Shown here: positions 26,779 through 37,385 of the stretch, one piece after another
How the letters are laid out: each line of letters starts with the position of its first letter
Position numbering within the stretch: the first letter of the stretch is position 1
Source: an uncultured delta proteobacterium
GTDB lineage: Bacteria; Desulfobacterota; Binatia; HRBIN30; BPIQ01
Direction: 5' to 3'
NCBI GenBank assembly: GCA_963761335.1
Contig: CAVXGR010000013.1
Coordinates: 288,001-352,000, forward strand
DNA length: 64,000 nt
The notes under the pieces: model-generated
The model's database searches: none
Told to the model about the DNA's origin: nothing
Seen by the model: only the letters and a program-made list of their open reading frames with translations
Position numbers and translations under genes: made by a program

Positions 26779-28365
26779 ATGCCCCACCGACAGTCGGGCG
26801 GCGGTGGCCGCCTGTTCAGCGGCGGCCGCATCCTGACCATGACGCCGGCCGGAACGCCGGCGGAGACGATCGTGGTGGAGAACGGCCGCATCGCCGCGGT
26901 CGGCGGTCGCGATCTCGCGGCGCGCTATCCCGGCGCCGCCGTCGAAGACCTGCGCGGCCGTACCCTGGTTCCCGGATTCATCGACGCGCACAACCACCTT
27001 TCCATCGCCGCGCTGCATCCCCTATGGGCGGATCTGAGCGACGTCGCCACGCCCGAGGAGGCGCGCCGCCGCCTGGCCGAGCAGGCGGCGCGTGAGCCGC
27101 AGGCGCGCTGGATCCGCGGCGCCAACTGGAACGAGACCACGACGGGGCTGCTGCTCGACCGCGGCGAGCTCGATGCCCTGGGCTTCGACCGGCCGGTGAT
27201 CGTGGCCCACTACACCCTGCACCAGTGCGTGGTCAGCTCCCACGGCCTCGACGAGCTCGGCATCGGCCGCCGCACTCCGGATCCATCCGGCGGCGTCATT
27301 CTGCGCGGTCTCGACGGCGAGGCGACGGGAATGTTGATCGAACGGGCGTGGAGCGAGGTGCAGGCCCGCTCGGTGGCCGCCTACGACGACCCGGATCGCT
27401 GGGCCGAGCTGTTCGCGGCGCGCGCCCGGCAGCTGCTGCGCGACGGCATCACCTGCGTGCACGACGCCGCCTGCGCCCCGGCGGCGGCGGCGGTCTACCG
27501 GCACATGGCCGCCGATGGCCGCCTGCCGATCTCGGTGCTCATGATGCCGCACGGCGCGGCTCTATTGACGGCGCCGCCGCAGGAGTGCCTCGACGGGCCG
27601 CGCACCGGCGACGGGGACGAGCGCCTGCGCGTTGGACCGGTCAAGCTCTTCGCCGACGGCGGCATTGCCCCGGCGATGGACGTCAGCATCGCCGGCCAGC
27701 GCAGCGCCTTCGGGATCGAGTTCACCGACCTCAACGAGCAGGTCGAACGCGTCGTCGCCCACGGCTTCGGCGTCGCCGTGCACGCCATCGGCAACGTCGG
27801 TCTGGAGCGCGTTCTCGCGGCCTTCGCCGCAGTCCAACGGCGGCGGTCTCTCGACTGCCGTTTTCGCGTCGAGCACGCCTGCCTGGCCTCGCGCCCGCAG
27901 ATCCGCCGCATGGCGGAGCTGGGCGCCATCGGCGTCGTGCAGCCCGGGTTCGTGCGCCACGTCGGCCAGGCCGTCGAAGGCGTCCCATTCGACGAGGAGA
28001 TCTGGCTGCCGTTCGCGGATATGGCGGCCGCCGGAATTCCTCTGGCGGCCTCCTCGGACGATCCGTGCTCCTTTCACCAGCCGCTGCTCACCTCGGTGCA
28101 CGGCGCCAACCGCCGCACCGCCTCCGGCCGCGTGCTCGGCCCCGAGCAGGCGCTCGGATACGAGGAATGGCTGCGCGCCTATACCATGGGAGCCGCCTAC
28201 GCCGGCGGCCAGGAGGACGAGCGCGGCAGCCTCACCCCCGGCAAGCGCGCCGACCTCGTCGTCCTCGACGGGGCTCTCGATCCCGAGCATCCGCCCCGCG
28301 TCGCCCAGACATGGGTCGAGGGCGAGCTCGCCTACGACGCCGAGGCGGAGGTCCCCGCGCCGTAG
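26779..28365 (+). CDS. Metal-dependent amidohydrolase (Amidohydro_3/YtcJ-like)
   Basis: PGFIDAHNH, KLFADG, HAIG, RVEHA and GKRADLVVLD motifs. Confidence 0.9.
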   Translation: MPHRQSGGGGRLFSGGRILTMTPAGTPAETIVVENGRIAAVGGRDLAARYPGAAVEDLRGRTLVPGFIDAHNHLSIAALHPLWADLSDVATPEEARRRLAEQAAREPQARWIRGANWNETTTGLLLDRGELDALGFDRPVIVAHYTLHQCVVSSHGLDELGIGRRTPDPSGGVILRGLDGEATGMLIERAWSEVQARSVAAYDDPDRWAELFAARARQLLRDGITCVHDAACAPAAAAVYRHMAADGRLPISVLMMPHGAALLTAPPQECLDGPRTGDGDERLRVGPVKLFADGGIAPAMDVSIAGQRSAFGIEFTDLNEQVERVVAHGFGVAVHAIGNVGLERVLAAFAAVQRRRSLDCRFRVEHACLASRPQIRRMAELGAIGVVQPGFVRHVGQAVEGVPFDEEIWLPFADMAAAGIPLAASSDDPCSFHQPLLTSVHGANRRTASGRVLGPEQALGYEEWLRAYTMGAAYAGGQEDERGSLTPGKRADLVVLDGALDPEHPPRVAQTWVEGELAYDAEAEVPAP

Positions 28366-30413
28366 ATACGCGAGTAGGCGCGGTAGTTGGTGAGCACGCG
28401 CTTCACGTAGTCGCGGGTCTCGCGGTAGGTGATACTCTCCACCCACTCGTCAGGCTCGAGGTCGCCGAAGCGGCTGTTCCATTTCTCCACCGCGGTGGTA
28501 CCGCCGTTGTAGGCGGCAAGCGCCCGCAGCAGGTCGCCGTTCCAGCGGTCGAGCTGAGTGCGCAGGTGGTGCACGCCGAGCGGCAGGTTCACCTCCGGGT
28601 CGTACAGGCGAGCGCTCGGGTCGCCGCTCCATCCGAGTGCCGCCGCCTCGTGGCGGGCGGCGGGAAGGGTCATCTGCATCAGGCCGCGGGCGTCGGCGCT
28701 CGAGCGCGCCTCGGGATCGAAGAAGCTCTCCTGGCGGATGACGGACAGGACCAAGAGCGGATCGACGCCGTCGCGCCGCGACTCGGCGGCGATGATCGGC
28801 CACCAGCCGACGGGATACGTCAGGCGCTCGCGCAGCTCGTCGGGGAGATTCGAGGTGCCGATCTGGTGCGCCACTCGCCAGGCGGACGGAAAGGCGTCGG
28901 CATCGAGATAGGCCACGAGAATGAAATAGCGGGCCGTCTGGTCATCCGCCTGCCGCTCGAGGGCGCGCATCTCCAGCCGCGCCAGGTGGGGCAGGTCGGC
29001 CGTGCGCAGCGCCTGATAGCGGATGAGGTGATAGCGGTCGATGCTGGGCGGTGCCGCCGGCAGCGCCGGGGGCGGCGGTGGGGAGATGGCCTGTGGAGCG
29101 CCGCCGTTGATACCCAGGCGTTTCTCGGCGAGTCCGGAATAATAGCTGGTCGGCGACGACTCGATCACCTGGCGGTAGATGCCCTCGGCCACGGCGACGC
29201 GGCCGAGGCGCTCGAGGGCGCGCGCCTGCCAGTAACGCGCGTCAGCGACCTCGGCGCCGGCATCGCTCGCGGCGGCGAGGGTGTCGAAGGAGCTCGCCGC
29301 CTCGGCATAGCGGCGGTTGCGATAATGGATCCAGCCGATGCGCCAGCGGGCATCCCAGGTCTCCTTGGCGCGCGGATACTGCCGCGCCAGCCGCTGGTAG
29401 CTGGCGAGCGCCTCTGCGGCCTGTCCCTGCGACTGCTGGATGCGGCCGGTGGCGTACAGCGCGCCGGCTGCGGACGCGCCGTTCGGGTAACGGAGCAAAT
29501 ACTCCTCGAAAGCCGCTTGCGCCGGCACGTCCTCGTCGCGGTTCCAGAAGAGCACCGCCATCTTGTAGAGTGCCGGCGCCGCCAGCGCGCTCTGGGGATA
29601 GCGGTCGACCAGCGTGCCCAGTGCCGAGGTCGCCGCCGCCGGCGCCCCCTCCGCCTTCAGCGCGTCGGCCAGCAGCATGATCGCCTCGGGGCTGTCGCCC
29701 GCCACCTGTGCCGCGCGCGCCGCCTTCTCGGCGGCGACCGCGTCGCCCTCGGCGAGCAGCAGGCGGCCCTCCTTGAGCCATTCGGCGCCGCGTGGCACCA
29801 GATCCGGGTACGCGGAGCGGAGCGACTGCAGTCCCGCCCGCGCCTCCTTGGCGACGGCACTGCCCGGCTTGGCCTCGCGCAGGGCACTGAACATCCCGGC
29901 GGCCTGCTGTGTCTGTCCCTGCGCGGCGGCGAGGCGCGCCTGCTCCAGGCGCGCCTCCTGTGCCGTGCTCTCGTCGAACGGAGCGTTGATCGCCAGCGTC
30001 AGATAAGGCTGGGCAGCGGCGAAGTCGCCGCGGCCGATGTGGAGCCGGGCAATTTCCAGATCGGCCTTCGGTACCCAGACGCTCGCCGGCTGGGTGGCGC
30101 GCAGGCGCGCCAGGATCTCGATGGCGTCGTCCGTCTCGCCGGTGTGCGCTCGAGACGTGCCGAGATAGTACAGATAGTAGTCCTGGAGCAGCGGGTCGCG
30201 CGCCAGCAGCGCCGCCAGCAGCGGCTCCGCTTCGCCGTAGCGCCCGCTGCGAACGAGCTCGACCGCTTGGTGGAAGCTGCTCGCGTCCGCCTCCTTCAGT
30301 GGCGCCGCCAGCGCCGGCGGTACCGCGACAGTCGGCGGAACCCCCTCTTGCGGCTGCATCCCGGCACATGCGGCCATTCCACAGAGAAACAGAAGCGGCA
30401 GAAGACGACGCAT
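28332..30413 (-). CDS. slt: Slt70-like lytic transglycosylase lipoprotein with TPR superhelix
   Basis: IRQES, ARGLMQ, AAYNGG and ETRDYVKRV motifs; N-terminal lipobox and TPRs. Confidence 0.92.
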   Translation of the reverse strand: MRRLLPLLFLCGMAACAGMQPQEGVPPTVAVPPALAAPLKEADASSFHQAVELVRSGRYGEAEPLLAALLARDPLLQDYYLYYLGTSRAHTGETDDAIEILARLRATQPASVWVPKADLEIARLHIGRGDFAAAQPYLTLAINAPFDESTAQEARLEQARLAAAQGQTQQAAGMFSALREAKPGSAVAKEARAGLQSLRSAYPDLVPRGAEWLKEGRLLLAEGDAVAAEKAARAAQVAGDSPEAIMLLADALKAEGAPAAATSALGTLVDRYPQSALAAPALYKMAVLFWNRDEDVPAQAAFEEYLLRYPNGASAAGALYATGRIQQSQGQAAEALASYQRLARQYPRAKETWDARWRIGWIHYRNRRYAEAASSFDTLAAASDAGAEVADARYWQARALERLGRVAVAEGIYRQVIESSPTSYYSGLAEKRLGINGGAPQAISPPPPPALPAAPPSIDRYHLIRYQALRTADLPHLARLEMRALERQADDQTARYFILVAYLDADAFPSAWRVAHQIGTSNLPDELRERLTYPVGWWPIIAAESRRDGVDPLLVLSVIRQESFFDPEARSSADARGLMQMTLPAARHEAAALGWSGDPSARLYDPEVNLPLGVHHLRTQLDRWNGDLLRALAAYNGGTTAVEKWNSRFGDLEPDEWVESITYRETRDYVKRVLTNYRAYSRIYGAGTSASAS

Positions 30414-30502
30414 TCCCTGCTAGTTAGCATACGAGGCGCGCAGGGGAAGCGGGCCGTACAGGGCCGTTGACAAGGCGGGGGCCCTTCCGCGAGAAGAAGC
30501 CG

Positions 30503-31099
30503 GTGAGCGCCCGTCTGATTCTGGCCTCGGCATCGCCGCGCCGGCGCGAGCTGCTCGAAGAGGCCGGTGCCGCATTCGCGATCGCTCCGGCCGCCATTGC
30601 CGAGATCCCGAGACAGGGCGAGCTGCCCGAGTCATTTGCCCGGCGGCTCGCCGGCGAGAAGTCTGCCGCCGTGGCGGCGCACCACCTCCGCGCCTGGATC
30701 CTGGCGGCGGATACGGTGGTGGCGATCGACGGCGAGATCTTCGGCAAGCCGGCGGATCGCGCCGAGGCGCGCGCCATGCTGCTGCGCCTCTCGGGCCGCG
30801 CCCACCATGTGCACACGGGCGTCGTGCTGCGCGCTCCAGACGGCCGCCGCGCGCTCGACGAGGTCGCCACGACCACCGTCGTCTTCCGCCACCTGAGGGC
30901 CGAGGAGATCCACGCCTACGTCGACTCCGGCGAGGCCGACGACAAGGCGGGTGCGTACGCGATCCAGGGCCGCGCCCGCGCCTTCGCCGTGCGCCTCGAC
31001 GGGTCTTTCACCAACGTCATCGGCCTCCCTCTCGAGCTGGTGGAGCCGGCCTTGCGGCGCGCCGGTCTGCTGCGCCGCGGTGAGGCGGCGCTGCCGTGA
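30503..31099 (+). CDS. maf: Maf family nucleotide pyrophosphatase
   Basis: [28 protein letters not shown] and NVIGLP motifs. Confidence 0.95.
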   Translation: MSARLILASASPRRRELLEEAGAAFAIAPAAIAEIPRQGELPESFARRLAGEKSAAVAAHHLRAWILAADTVVAIDGEIFGKPADRAEARAMLLRLSGRAHHVHTGVVLRAPDGRRALDEVATTTVVFRHLRAEEIHAYVDSGEADDKAGAYAIQGRARAFAVRLDGSFTNVIGLPLELVEPALRRAGLLRRGEAALP

Positions 31100-31794
31100 C
31101 CGACGTCGCTGTTGCCATCGCCGACGGCCTGGCGCGCGTGCGCGAGGCCATCGATGCCGCCGCCCGCACCGCCGGCCGCGACCCGCAGAGCATCCGGCTG
31201 GTCGCCGTGGCCAAGACCAAGCCCGCCGAGCTGGTTCGCGCCGCGATCGCCGCCGGCGCCCGCATCATCGGCGAGAACTACGTGCAGGAGGCAAGTGCCA
31301 AGATCGCCGCCGTCGGTCGCCAGGTCTCCTGGCATTTCATCGGGCACCTGCAGCGCAACAAGGCCCGCGAGGCGGCGGGGCTGTTCGAGCTGATCCAGAC
31401 ACTCGACAACCTGCGTCTCGCAGGAGCCCTCGACCGCATCGGCCGCGAGCGGGGCGCCGCGGTGCGCACCCTGGTGGAGGTGAACATCGGCGGCGAGACG
31501 AGCAAGCGCGGCATCGCCCCGCAGGCGCTGGAGCCATTTCTGCAAGGTCTCGCCGCCTTCAGCGGCCTCCGCGTCGAGGGGCTGATGACCATCCCGCCGC
31601 CGGGAACGGCATCGCAAACGCGGCAGTTCTTCCGGCGTCTGCGAGAGTTGCGCGACCAGCTCCGCCGGAGTACGCCGCCCAATGTCGAGCTGCGCGATCT
31701 GTCGATGGGAATGAGCGACGACTACACCGACGCCGTCGCCGAGGGAGCCACCATCGTCCGCGTCGGGCGGGCGATCTTCGGAGAGAGGAGCTGA
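31096..31794 (+). CDS. yggS: PLP homeostasis protein
   Basis: [29 protein letters not shown] and VRVGRAIFG motifs. Confidence 0.95.
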   Translation: MTDVAVAIADGLARVREAIDAAARTAGRDPQSIRLVAVAKTKPAELVRAAIAAGARIIGENYVQEASAKIAAVGRQVSWHFIGHLQRNKAREAAGLFELIQTLDNLRLAGALDRIGRERGAAVRTLVEVNIGGETSKRGIAPQALEPFLQGLAAFSGLRVEGLMTIPPPGTASQTRQFFRRLRELRDQLRRSTPPNVELRDLSMGMSDDYTDAVAEGATIVRVGRAIFGERS

Positions 31795-32640
31795 ATGAAA
31801 GCGAGGTCGAGAAAACCCGAAGCGGCTGCCGGCCGTGTCCTTGGCATCATCGGCGCCGGCAGCATGGCGACGGCGCTGGTCCGCGGCTTCGTCGCCGCCG
31901 GTCTCTATTCCCCCGAGCAGATGACCCTGAGCGACAGCGACCCGGCCAAGCGCCGCGCCGCCGGCCGGCTCCTGCGCGTCGGCGCCACGGCGGACAACCG
32001 CGAGCTGGTGCGCACCTCGCGTATCGTCATTCTCGCCGTCAAGCCCCAGGTGCTCGACGCCGTGCTCGACGAGATCCGCCCGGCGGCGACCCGCCGGCAC
32101 CTGTTCATCTCCATCGCCGCCGGGGTGCCGACGGCACGGCTGGAGTCGCACCTGGGCGACACCGTCCGGGTCGTCCGGGTGATGCCGAACACCCCGGCGC
32201 TGCTCGGCCGTGGAATGTCGGCGGTGGTGCGCGGCAGCCGTGCCAACGCCGCCGACCAGCGCCTGGCGCTGCGCCTGTTCCGCGCCGTCGGTGCCGCCGT
32301 GGCGGTCGCCGACGAGAGCCTCCTCGACGGCGTGACCGGCCTGAGCGGCAGCGGACCCGCCTATGTCTACCGCTTCGCCGAGGGGCTGATCGCCGGCGGC
32401 ACTGCGGCCGGTCTCCCCCCCGCCCTGGCGCGGCAGCTGGCGCTACAGACCATACTCGGCGCCGCCCACATGCTCACCGAGACCGGCGAGACCCCAGAGG
32501 CGCTGCGCGCCATGGTGACCTCCCCGGGGGGCACCACCCTCGCCGGGCTGACCGAGCTCGACCGCCGCGGCTTCGCCGACGCCGTGGCCGCCGCCGTGGT
32601 CGCCGCCAGCGAGCGCTCGCGGCAGCTCGGGCGCCCTTGA
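31795..32640 (+). CDS. proC: Pyrroline-5-carboxylate reductase
   Basis: AVKPQ, RVMPNTP, GLSGSGPAY and VTSPGGTT motifs. Confidence 0.96.
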   Translation: MKARSRKPEAAAGRVLGIIGAGSMATALVRGFVAAGLYSPEQMTLSDSDPAKRRAAGRLLRVGATADNRELVRTSRIVILAVKPQVLDAVLDEIRPAATRRHLFISIAAGVPTARLESHLGDTVRVVRVMPNTPALLGRGMSAVVRGSRANAADQRLALRLFRAVGAAVAVADESLLDGVTGLSGSGPAYVYRFAEGLIAGGTAAGLPPALARQLALQTILGAAHMLTETGETPEALRAMVTSPGGTTLAGLTELDRRGFADAVAAAVVAASERSRQLGRP

Positions 32641-32710
32641 GGGCCGGCCACGGCATCCGCGGACGGGTTGTCACGCCGCCGGCACCGCGCTAAACGGTTC
32701 GAGCACCGGC

Positions 32711-33013
32711 ATGTTCCTCCTGGCGAATTTCATCGTGGCCACGGCGCAGATCCTCAACATCGTGCTGTGGATCTACATGTGGATCATCATCATCAGCGCC
32801 CTGCTGACTTGGGTGAACCCCGATCCCTACAATCCGATCGTGCGCTTCTTCCACGCCTCCACCGAGCCGGTGCTCTACCGCGTGCGGCGCGCCCTGCCGT
32901 TCTCCGCCGCCGGCGGCATCGATTTTTCGCCGCTGATCGCAATCCTGGCGATCTATTTCCTGCAGTTCTTCCTGGTGCAGAGCCTGTTCGACGTCGCCCG
33001 GCGCCTGGGCTGA
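32711..33013 (+). CDS. yggT: YggT family membrane protein
   Basis: WVNPDPYNPIVRF...TEPVL...IDFSP. Confidence 0.95.
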   Translation: MFLLANFIVATAQILNIVLWIYMWIIIISALLTWVNPDPYNPIVRFFHASTEPVLYRVRRALPFSAAGGIDFSPLIAILAIYFLQFFLVQSLFDVARRLG

Positions 33014-33100
33014 GCCTCCCCTGGCGCGGGCAAGGAGCCCGGCGCCCCGCAGAGGTCGTCGAAAAAAATGCGCGAATCACTCCGGGAGCCAAATTCTCCG

Positions 33101-33130
33101 TTGACTTGAACGGCGCAGCTGGCGTACCCT
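33101..33130 (+). promoter_or_regulatory. Candidate sigma-70 promoter of the secreted-protein operon
   Basis: TTGACT-N18-TACCCT preceded by an A-tract. Confidence 0.4.
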
Positions 33131-33208
33131 CCGCTGGTACCATTTTCTGCGTCGGATCTCGACTTACGCCGGGGGGGCGTCAGCTCCGCGCGGAAAGGGG
33201 GGGACACT

Positions 33209-35830
33209 TTGAGGCGACTCTTCCTGGGGGTAGGACTGGTGCTCGTGTGTGCGCTTCCGGCGCATGCCATCACCGAGGTTGCGCTCACCGGCGGGCAGCG
33301 GGCCAAGTTCCAGACCTCGGCCGCCGGCAAGAGCAGTGCGCTCATCCGTTTCAGCCACGATCCCGGTTTCCTGACCTTTGCCGATCCGCGGTGCATTCCG
33401 GGGACGAATATCCCGCGGAACATCTCCTTTCTGCAGATCCGCTCCTCGGCGCAGGATCCAGGCGAGATCGTCCTGCCCTGCGAAAACTGGCAGTTCACCG
33501 GGAGCCAGTTCCGCTACCGCGACCGCGACGCATCCGTCGGCGGTGTCCACACCATAATGCTGAAGAGCCTGAAGGCGCTCATCAAGATGAAGGGCGACTC
33601 CTATCAGGCATTGCAGGCACCAGCCACCGGCGTCGATTGGGTCGAAGTGCGCCTCACCATCGGCGAAACCAGCCACTGCGGTCGCTTCGTGCACTTCGAC
33701 CGCAACTACTCAGAGCTCAGCTCCAGCTTCTCGATCATTCAGGCAAGCGGTCCGACGGTGCAGTGCGCCCCGCTGCCGACACGGACACCGACTGAGACGC
33801 CGACCAGCACGCCGACCAGCACACCCACGAACACCCCGACGAGGACGCCTACCGCGACCCCGACGAGCACGGCGACGGCCACGCCGACGGTGACCGATAC
33901 GCCGACGGTCACGGCGACTCCGACGCGCACCCCCACCTCGACGTCGACGCCGACGCGGACGCCGACGGCGACGAACACGCCGACAAACACACCGACGGTA
34001 ACGCCGACCAGCACTTTCACCCCGACGCGGACGCCGACGCGCACCTCGACGCCGACCAAGACGCCGACCAAGACCAACACGCCGACGCCGACACCGTCGC
34101 CGTTCGTGCGCATCAACACGCCCGCCAACGGCATCTTCACCACCGCCTCCTCGATCACCGTGAGCGGGCGCGTCATCAATCCCGTCGCCGGTGAGGTGGT
34201 CACCGTCAACGGCACGCCGGTCACGGTGGCGGCACCCCCCGTCAACACTTTCTCGGTATCCGTTCCTCTGAGCGCTTCCACCATCGTCAACCCGATCGAC
34301 GCCCACCTGACGGTGGCGGCCACGGGCTTCTCCAACCACGACCGCATCACCGTCGTCCGCGGCGCCTCCATCGCCGACGGCGATTACTCGCCGATGGGCA
34401 TCGGCCTGCGCATCAACGACTCCGGCCTCGACCGTGTCGAGCCGGTAGTCACCAGCCAGATCAACCTGAATCCCAACGACCTGATTACCCCCGGGACGGT
34501 GGTGGTCTCGGGCCAGTGCGGCATTCCCGGACCGTTCGGCACCTGCATCGAGAGCGTCGACGTCACCATCCAGAGCGTCAACTGGGACAGCGTCTCGCTG
34601 AATGCCGACGCCATGACCAACTTCGTCGCCGTCGACGTCTTCCTGCACAACGTACGCGTCATCGCCCACGTCGAGGGCTCACTGGTGACCAGCTGCGACA
34701 TCACCGTCACCACCTCGACGACGACCATTACCGGTGACTACGCCATGCAGCCGGACAGCGTCGATCGCTCCAACATCGACGTCAATCAGATCGGCGGCGT
34801 CAACGTCAGCTTCGCCAACTTCAATCAGAGCACCAGCTGCGACGGCATCTTCGGCTTCCTGGTCGAGGCTCTGGTTCCCGACGTGCAGTCGGAGCTGCGG
34901 GACGGCCTGCAGAACTTCCTCAACGACCCCGACGACGCCGGGCCGCAGGACGCCCCGATCGCCGACGCCCTCGAGTCGGCTCTGGCCAGCGTCCAGATCG
35001 ACGGTCCCATCGGCGAAGGCCTGGGGGTCACGCTGGAGACGCCGCTCTTCGACGTCTACGAGGACAACAACGGCATCACCCTCGACTCCGACGCGCGCAT
35101 CACCGCACCGGCGCTGGCTCCGGGCGCTCCCAACCTGACGGCGTCGTACCACGTGAACGAGGCCTTCCCGGCCTTCGCGGCGACGACTCCGGTGAATCAC
35201 CTGCCGTACGACATGGCGATCTGCATCTCCTCCTCGGCGTTCAACCAGCTTCTCAAGGCGGAGGTGGAAACGGGCCTTCTGGCGACGGAGCTGACCTCGC
35301 TCGATTTCGGTGGCGGCCCCACGCCGATCACCTCCACCACGCTCAGCCTGCTGGTGCCCCAGTTCGGCACGCTGCCGCCAAACACTCCTTTGAAGATCCG
35401 CATCAAACCGACGATGGCCCCCATCGTCACCGGGCACACCGGCCCCGGGGGCGAGCTGGCCGAGCTGCTGATTCCGCAGCTATCGATCGAGGTCGTCACC
35501 ACCAGCCTGCCAGAGGTGGTCTACCTCGGCGGCGTCGCGGACCTGAAGACGGGCTTCAACCTGGCACTCGACGCGCAAACGGGCTCGCTGGTGCCCACGT
35601 TGTCGCCACCGGCTCCTGAAAACATCACCGTCGTACTCATCAACAATCCCCTCTACGCCGACGAGGCCACCCTCCAGGCGACTCTACCTCTGGTGCTGGG
35701 ACCGGTTCTGCCGTCGCTGAGCAGCTCCCTCGGGGCAATCCCGGTTCCGAGCTTCCTCGGGCTGGCACCGACAGGAGTCGAGGTCTCACGAAACGGGCAG
35801 TTCATGTCCGTCTTCCTGAACCTCAATTGA
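33209..35830 (+). CDS. Secreted protein: Cys-containing N-domain, Pro/Thr linker, Ig-like domain, BPI/LBP (TULIP)-like C-terminal module
   Basis: Signal peptide; ~100-aa PT tract; [27 protein letters not shown] and C-terminal GAIPVP...[16 protein letters not shown] segments. Confidence 0.8.
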   Translation: MRRLFLGVGLVLVCALPAHAITEVALTGGQRAKFQTSAAGKSSALIRFSHDPGFLTFADPRCIPGTNIPRNISFLQIRSSAQDPGEIVLPCENWQFTGSQFRYRDRDASVGGVHTIMLKSLKALIKMKGDSYQALQAPATGVDWVEVRLTIGETSHCGRFVHFDRNYSELSSSFSIIQASGPTVQCAPLPTRTPTETPTSTPTSTPTNTPTRTPTATPTSTATATPTVTDTPTVTATPTRTPTSTSTPTRTPTATNTPTNTPTVTPTSTFTPTRTPTRTSTPTKTPTKTNTPTPTPSPFVRINTPANGIFTTASSITVSGRVINPVAGEVVTVNGTPVTVAAPPVNTFSVSVPLSASTIVNPIDAHLTVAATGFSNHDRITVVRGASIADGDYSPMGIGLRINDSGLDRVEPVVTSQINLNPNDLITPGTVVVSGQCGIPGPFGTCIESVDVTIQSVNWDSVSLNADAMTNFVAVDVFLHNVRVIAHVEGSLVTSCDITVTTSTTTITGDYAMQPDSVDRSNIDVNQIGGVNVSFANFNQSTSCDGIFGFLVEALVPDVQSELRDGLQNFLNDPDDAGPQDAPIADALESALASVQIDGPIGEGLGVTLETPLFDVYEDNNGITLDSDARITAPALAPGAPNLTASYHVNEAFPAFAATTPVNHLPYDMAICISSSAFNQLLKAEVETGLLATELTSLDFGGGPTPITSTTLSLLVPQFGTLPPNTPLKIRIKPTMAPIVTGHTGPGGELAELLIPQLSIEVVTTSLPEVVYLGGVADLKTGFNLALDAQTGSLVPTLSPPAPENITVVLINNPLYADEATLQATLPLVLGPVLPSLSSSLGAIPVPSFLGLAPTGVEVSRNGQFMSVFLNLN
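33776..34102 (+). repeat. Coding Pro/Thr (TPT) low-complexity tandem repeat
   Basis: Degenerate ACGCCGACN units. Confidence 0.8.
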
Positions 35831-35841
35831 TGGAGGCCGAG

Positions 35842-37338
35842 ATGAGACGACTGCTCTTCGGATTCTTCGTTCTCCTCTGGACCGCCTCCACCGTCGGCGC
35901 GTTCACCGATGTTTCCCTGGTCGAGGGCAAGGGCAACGCCCACTTCAATCAGGGCAGCGCGAGCCTGCGCTACACCCGCGAGCCCGGGTTGACCGACTTT
36001 CCCGATCCGCGTTGCCCCGCCGCCTCTTCGCTGGAGCTGAAGTCCGACCACGAGGACCTGGTCATTCCCCTGATCTGCGGCAATTGGGATCTGGACCTGC
36101 GGCGCGGAACCTACACCTACGACGACCCCGCCGGCAGCGCCAGCGGCATCAGCCGCATCCAGTGGAAGAGCGTTCAGATGATCATCCAGGCGAAAGGGGA
36201 CCAGTATATCCCGCCGATCGGCCCGGTGTCGTTCCTGGACGTGCGCCTGCGCATCGACGACAAGGGCTTCTGTGCCCGCTTCGACGACTTCGGGCAAGAT
36301 GACGCCAGCGCCATTTCCGGCCGAGATCCGGTGAACGAGTGCTCGGCGTTCGGCACACCGACGCCGACGGGCACGGCTACCGCCACGGGGACGGTCACCG
36401 CCACCGGCACGGAGACGGCCACACCCACCAACACGCCGACGCCGACGATCACGCCGACGCGCACCGCCACGCAGACGGGAACAATCTATCCGACGAACAC
36501 CCCGACGAAGACACCGACGTCCACGCCGACCAACACGCCGACGGTCACCCGGACCCGCACCCCTACGAAGACGCCGACCGCGACCTCGCCACCGACGGCG
36601 ACCTTCACGCCGACGCCGGTGCCGCCGAGCGCCTTCCGCATATCCACGATGTCCATTCTCGACCCGCACATCCGCACTGTGCTCGGTACCAGCTGCCTCG
36701 ACATTCAGGGGATTGTGAACGTGCAGCTCAGCAGCGCCATCCAGTTCGATAACAACAGCGACGGATTCCTCGACCTGAGCCTGATGAACGTCTTCCGGCC
36801 GTTGCAGCAGACGGCGCCGGGCGGGAACTTGGATATCGCCACCGGCACCTGTACGGCGCCGATCGGGAGCACTTCGTGTACGCCAGGGACCTCGTCTCAA
36901 TCGACCACCTACACCAACGTCAGTAGCGGAACCTGTCTGTCGCCGGTGCCGGGCACCACCAACGGGTCGTACACGCCGGCAATCACCTCGGTTCCGGCGC
37001 CTTGCTTCGTCACGGCTCCGGTCACCCAAGTGTTCGACCTGAGCGGCATCCAGATCCCACTGGAGAACGCCCAGTTCTCCGGAACCTACGGCGGCAGCCC
37101 CGCCACTTCGATCTCCAACGGTCTGGTGGTCGGCTTCCTCAGTGAGACCGCCGCAAACAACATCATCCTGCCGGCTGATCTGGCCACCATCGGCGGACAC
37201 ACGCTTTCCAGCGTGCTCGGTGGCGGCACGGGTGCCTGTGGCACCGTCGACGATCGTGATATCGGCCCCGGAGGCGTCTCCGGTTGGTACTTCTACCTGA
37301 GCTACAGCTCCACCAAGGTACCGTACAGCGAGCCATAG
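35842..37338 (+). CDS. Secreted protein: paralogous Cys-containing N-domain, Pro/Thr linker, Cys-rich C-domain of unknown function
   Basis: GGAGG RBS; signal [23 protein letters not shown] and FCARF shared with the upstream gene. Confidence 0.8.
   Translation: MRRLLFGFFVLLWTASTVGAFTDVSLVEGKGNAHFNQGSASLRYTREPGLTDFPDPRCPAASSLELKSDHEDLVIPLICGNWDLDLRRGTYTYDDPAGSASGISRIQWKSVQMIIQAKGDQYIPPIGPVSFLDVRLRIDDKGFCARFDDFGQDDASAISGRDPVNECSAFGTPTPTGTATATGTVTATGTETATPTNTPTPTITPTRTATQTGTIYPTNTPTKTPTSTPTNTPTVTRTRTPTKTPTATSPPTATFTPTPVPPSAFRISTMSILDPHIRTVLGTSCLDIQGIVNVQLSSAIQFDNNSDGFLDLSLMNVFRPLQQTAPGGNLDIATGTCTAPIGSTSCTPGTSSQSTTYTNVSSGTCLSPVPGTTNGSYTPAITSVPAPCFVTAPVTQVFDLSGIQIPLENAQFSGTYGGSPATSISNGLVVGFLSETAANNIILPADLATIGGHTLSSVLGGGTGACGTVDDRDIGPGGVSGWYFYLSYSSTKVPYSEP
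36355..36625 (+). repeat. Coding Pro/Thr low-complexity tandem repeat
   Basis: TPT-rich linker. Confidence 0.8.
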
Positions 37339-37385
37339 CCGCGCGGCGCCCGCCGGGGCGCCGCCACGGCCTGACAACGCCGCCG

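Noticed and set aside
28332..28365. 34-bp convergent overlap of the amidohydrolase and slt genes
   Set aside because: Short 3' overlaps are common in high-GC genomes
33776..34102. Possible CRISPR or VNTR-like DNA repeat
   Set aside because: Explained by Pro/Thr codon repetition within a protein linker
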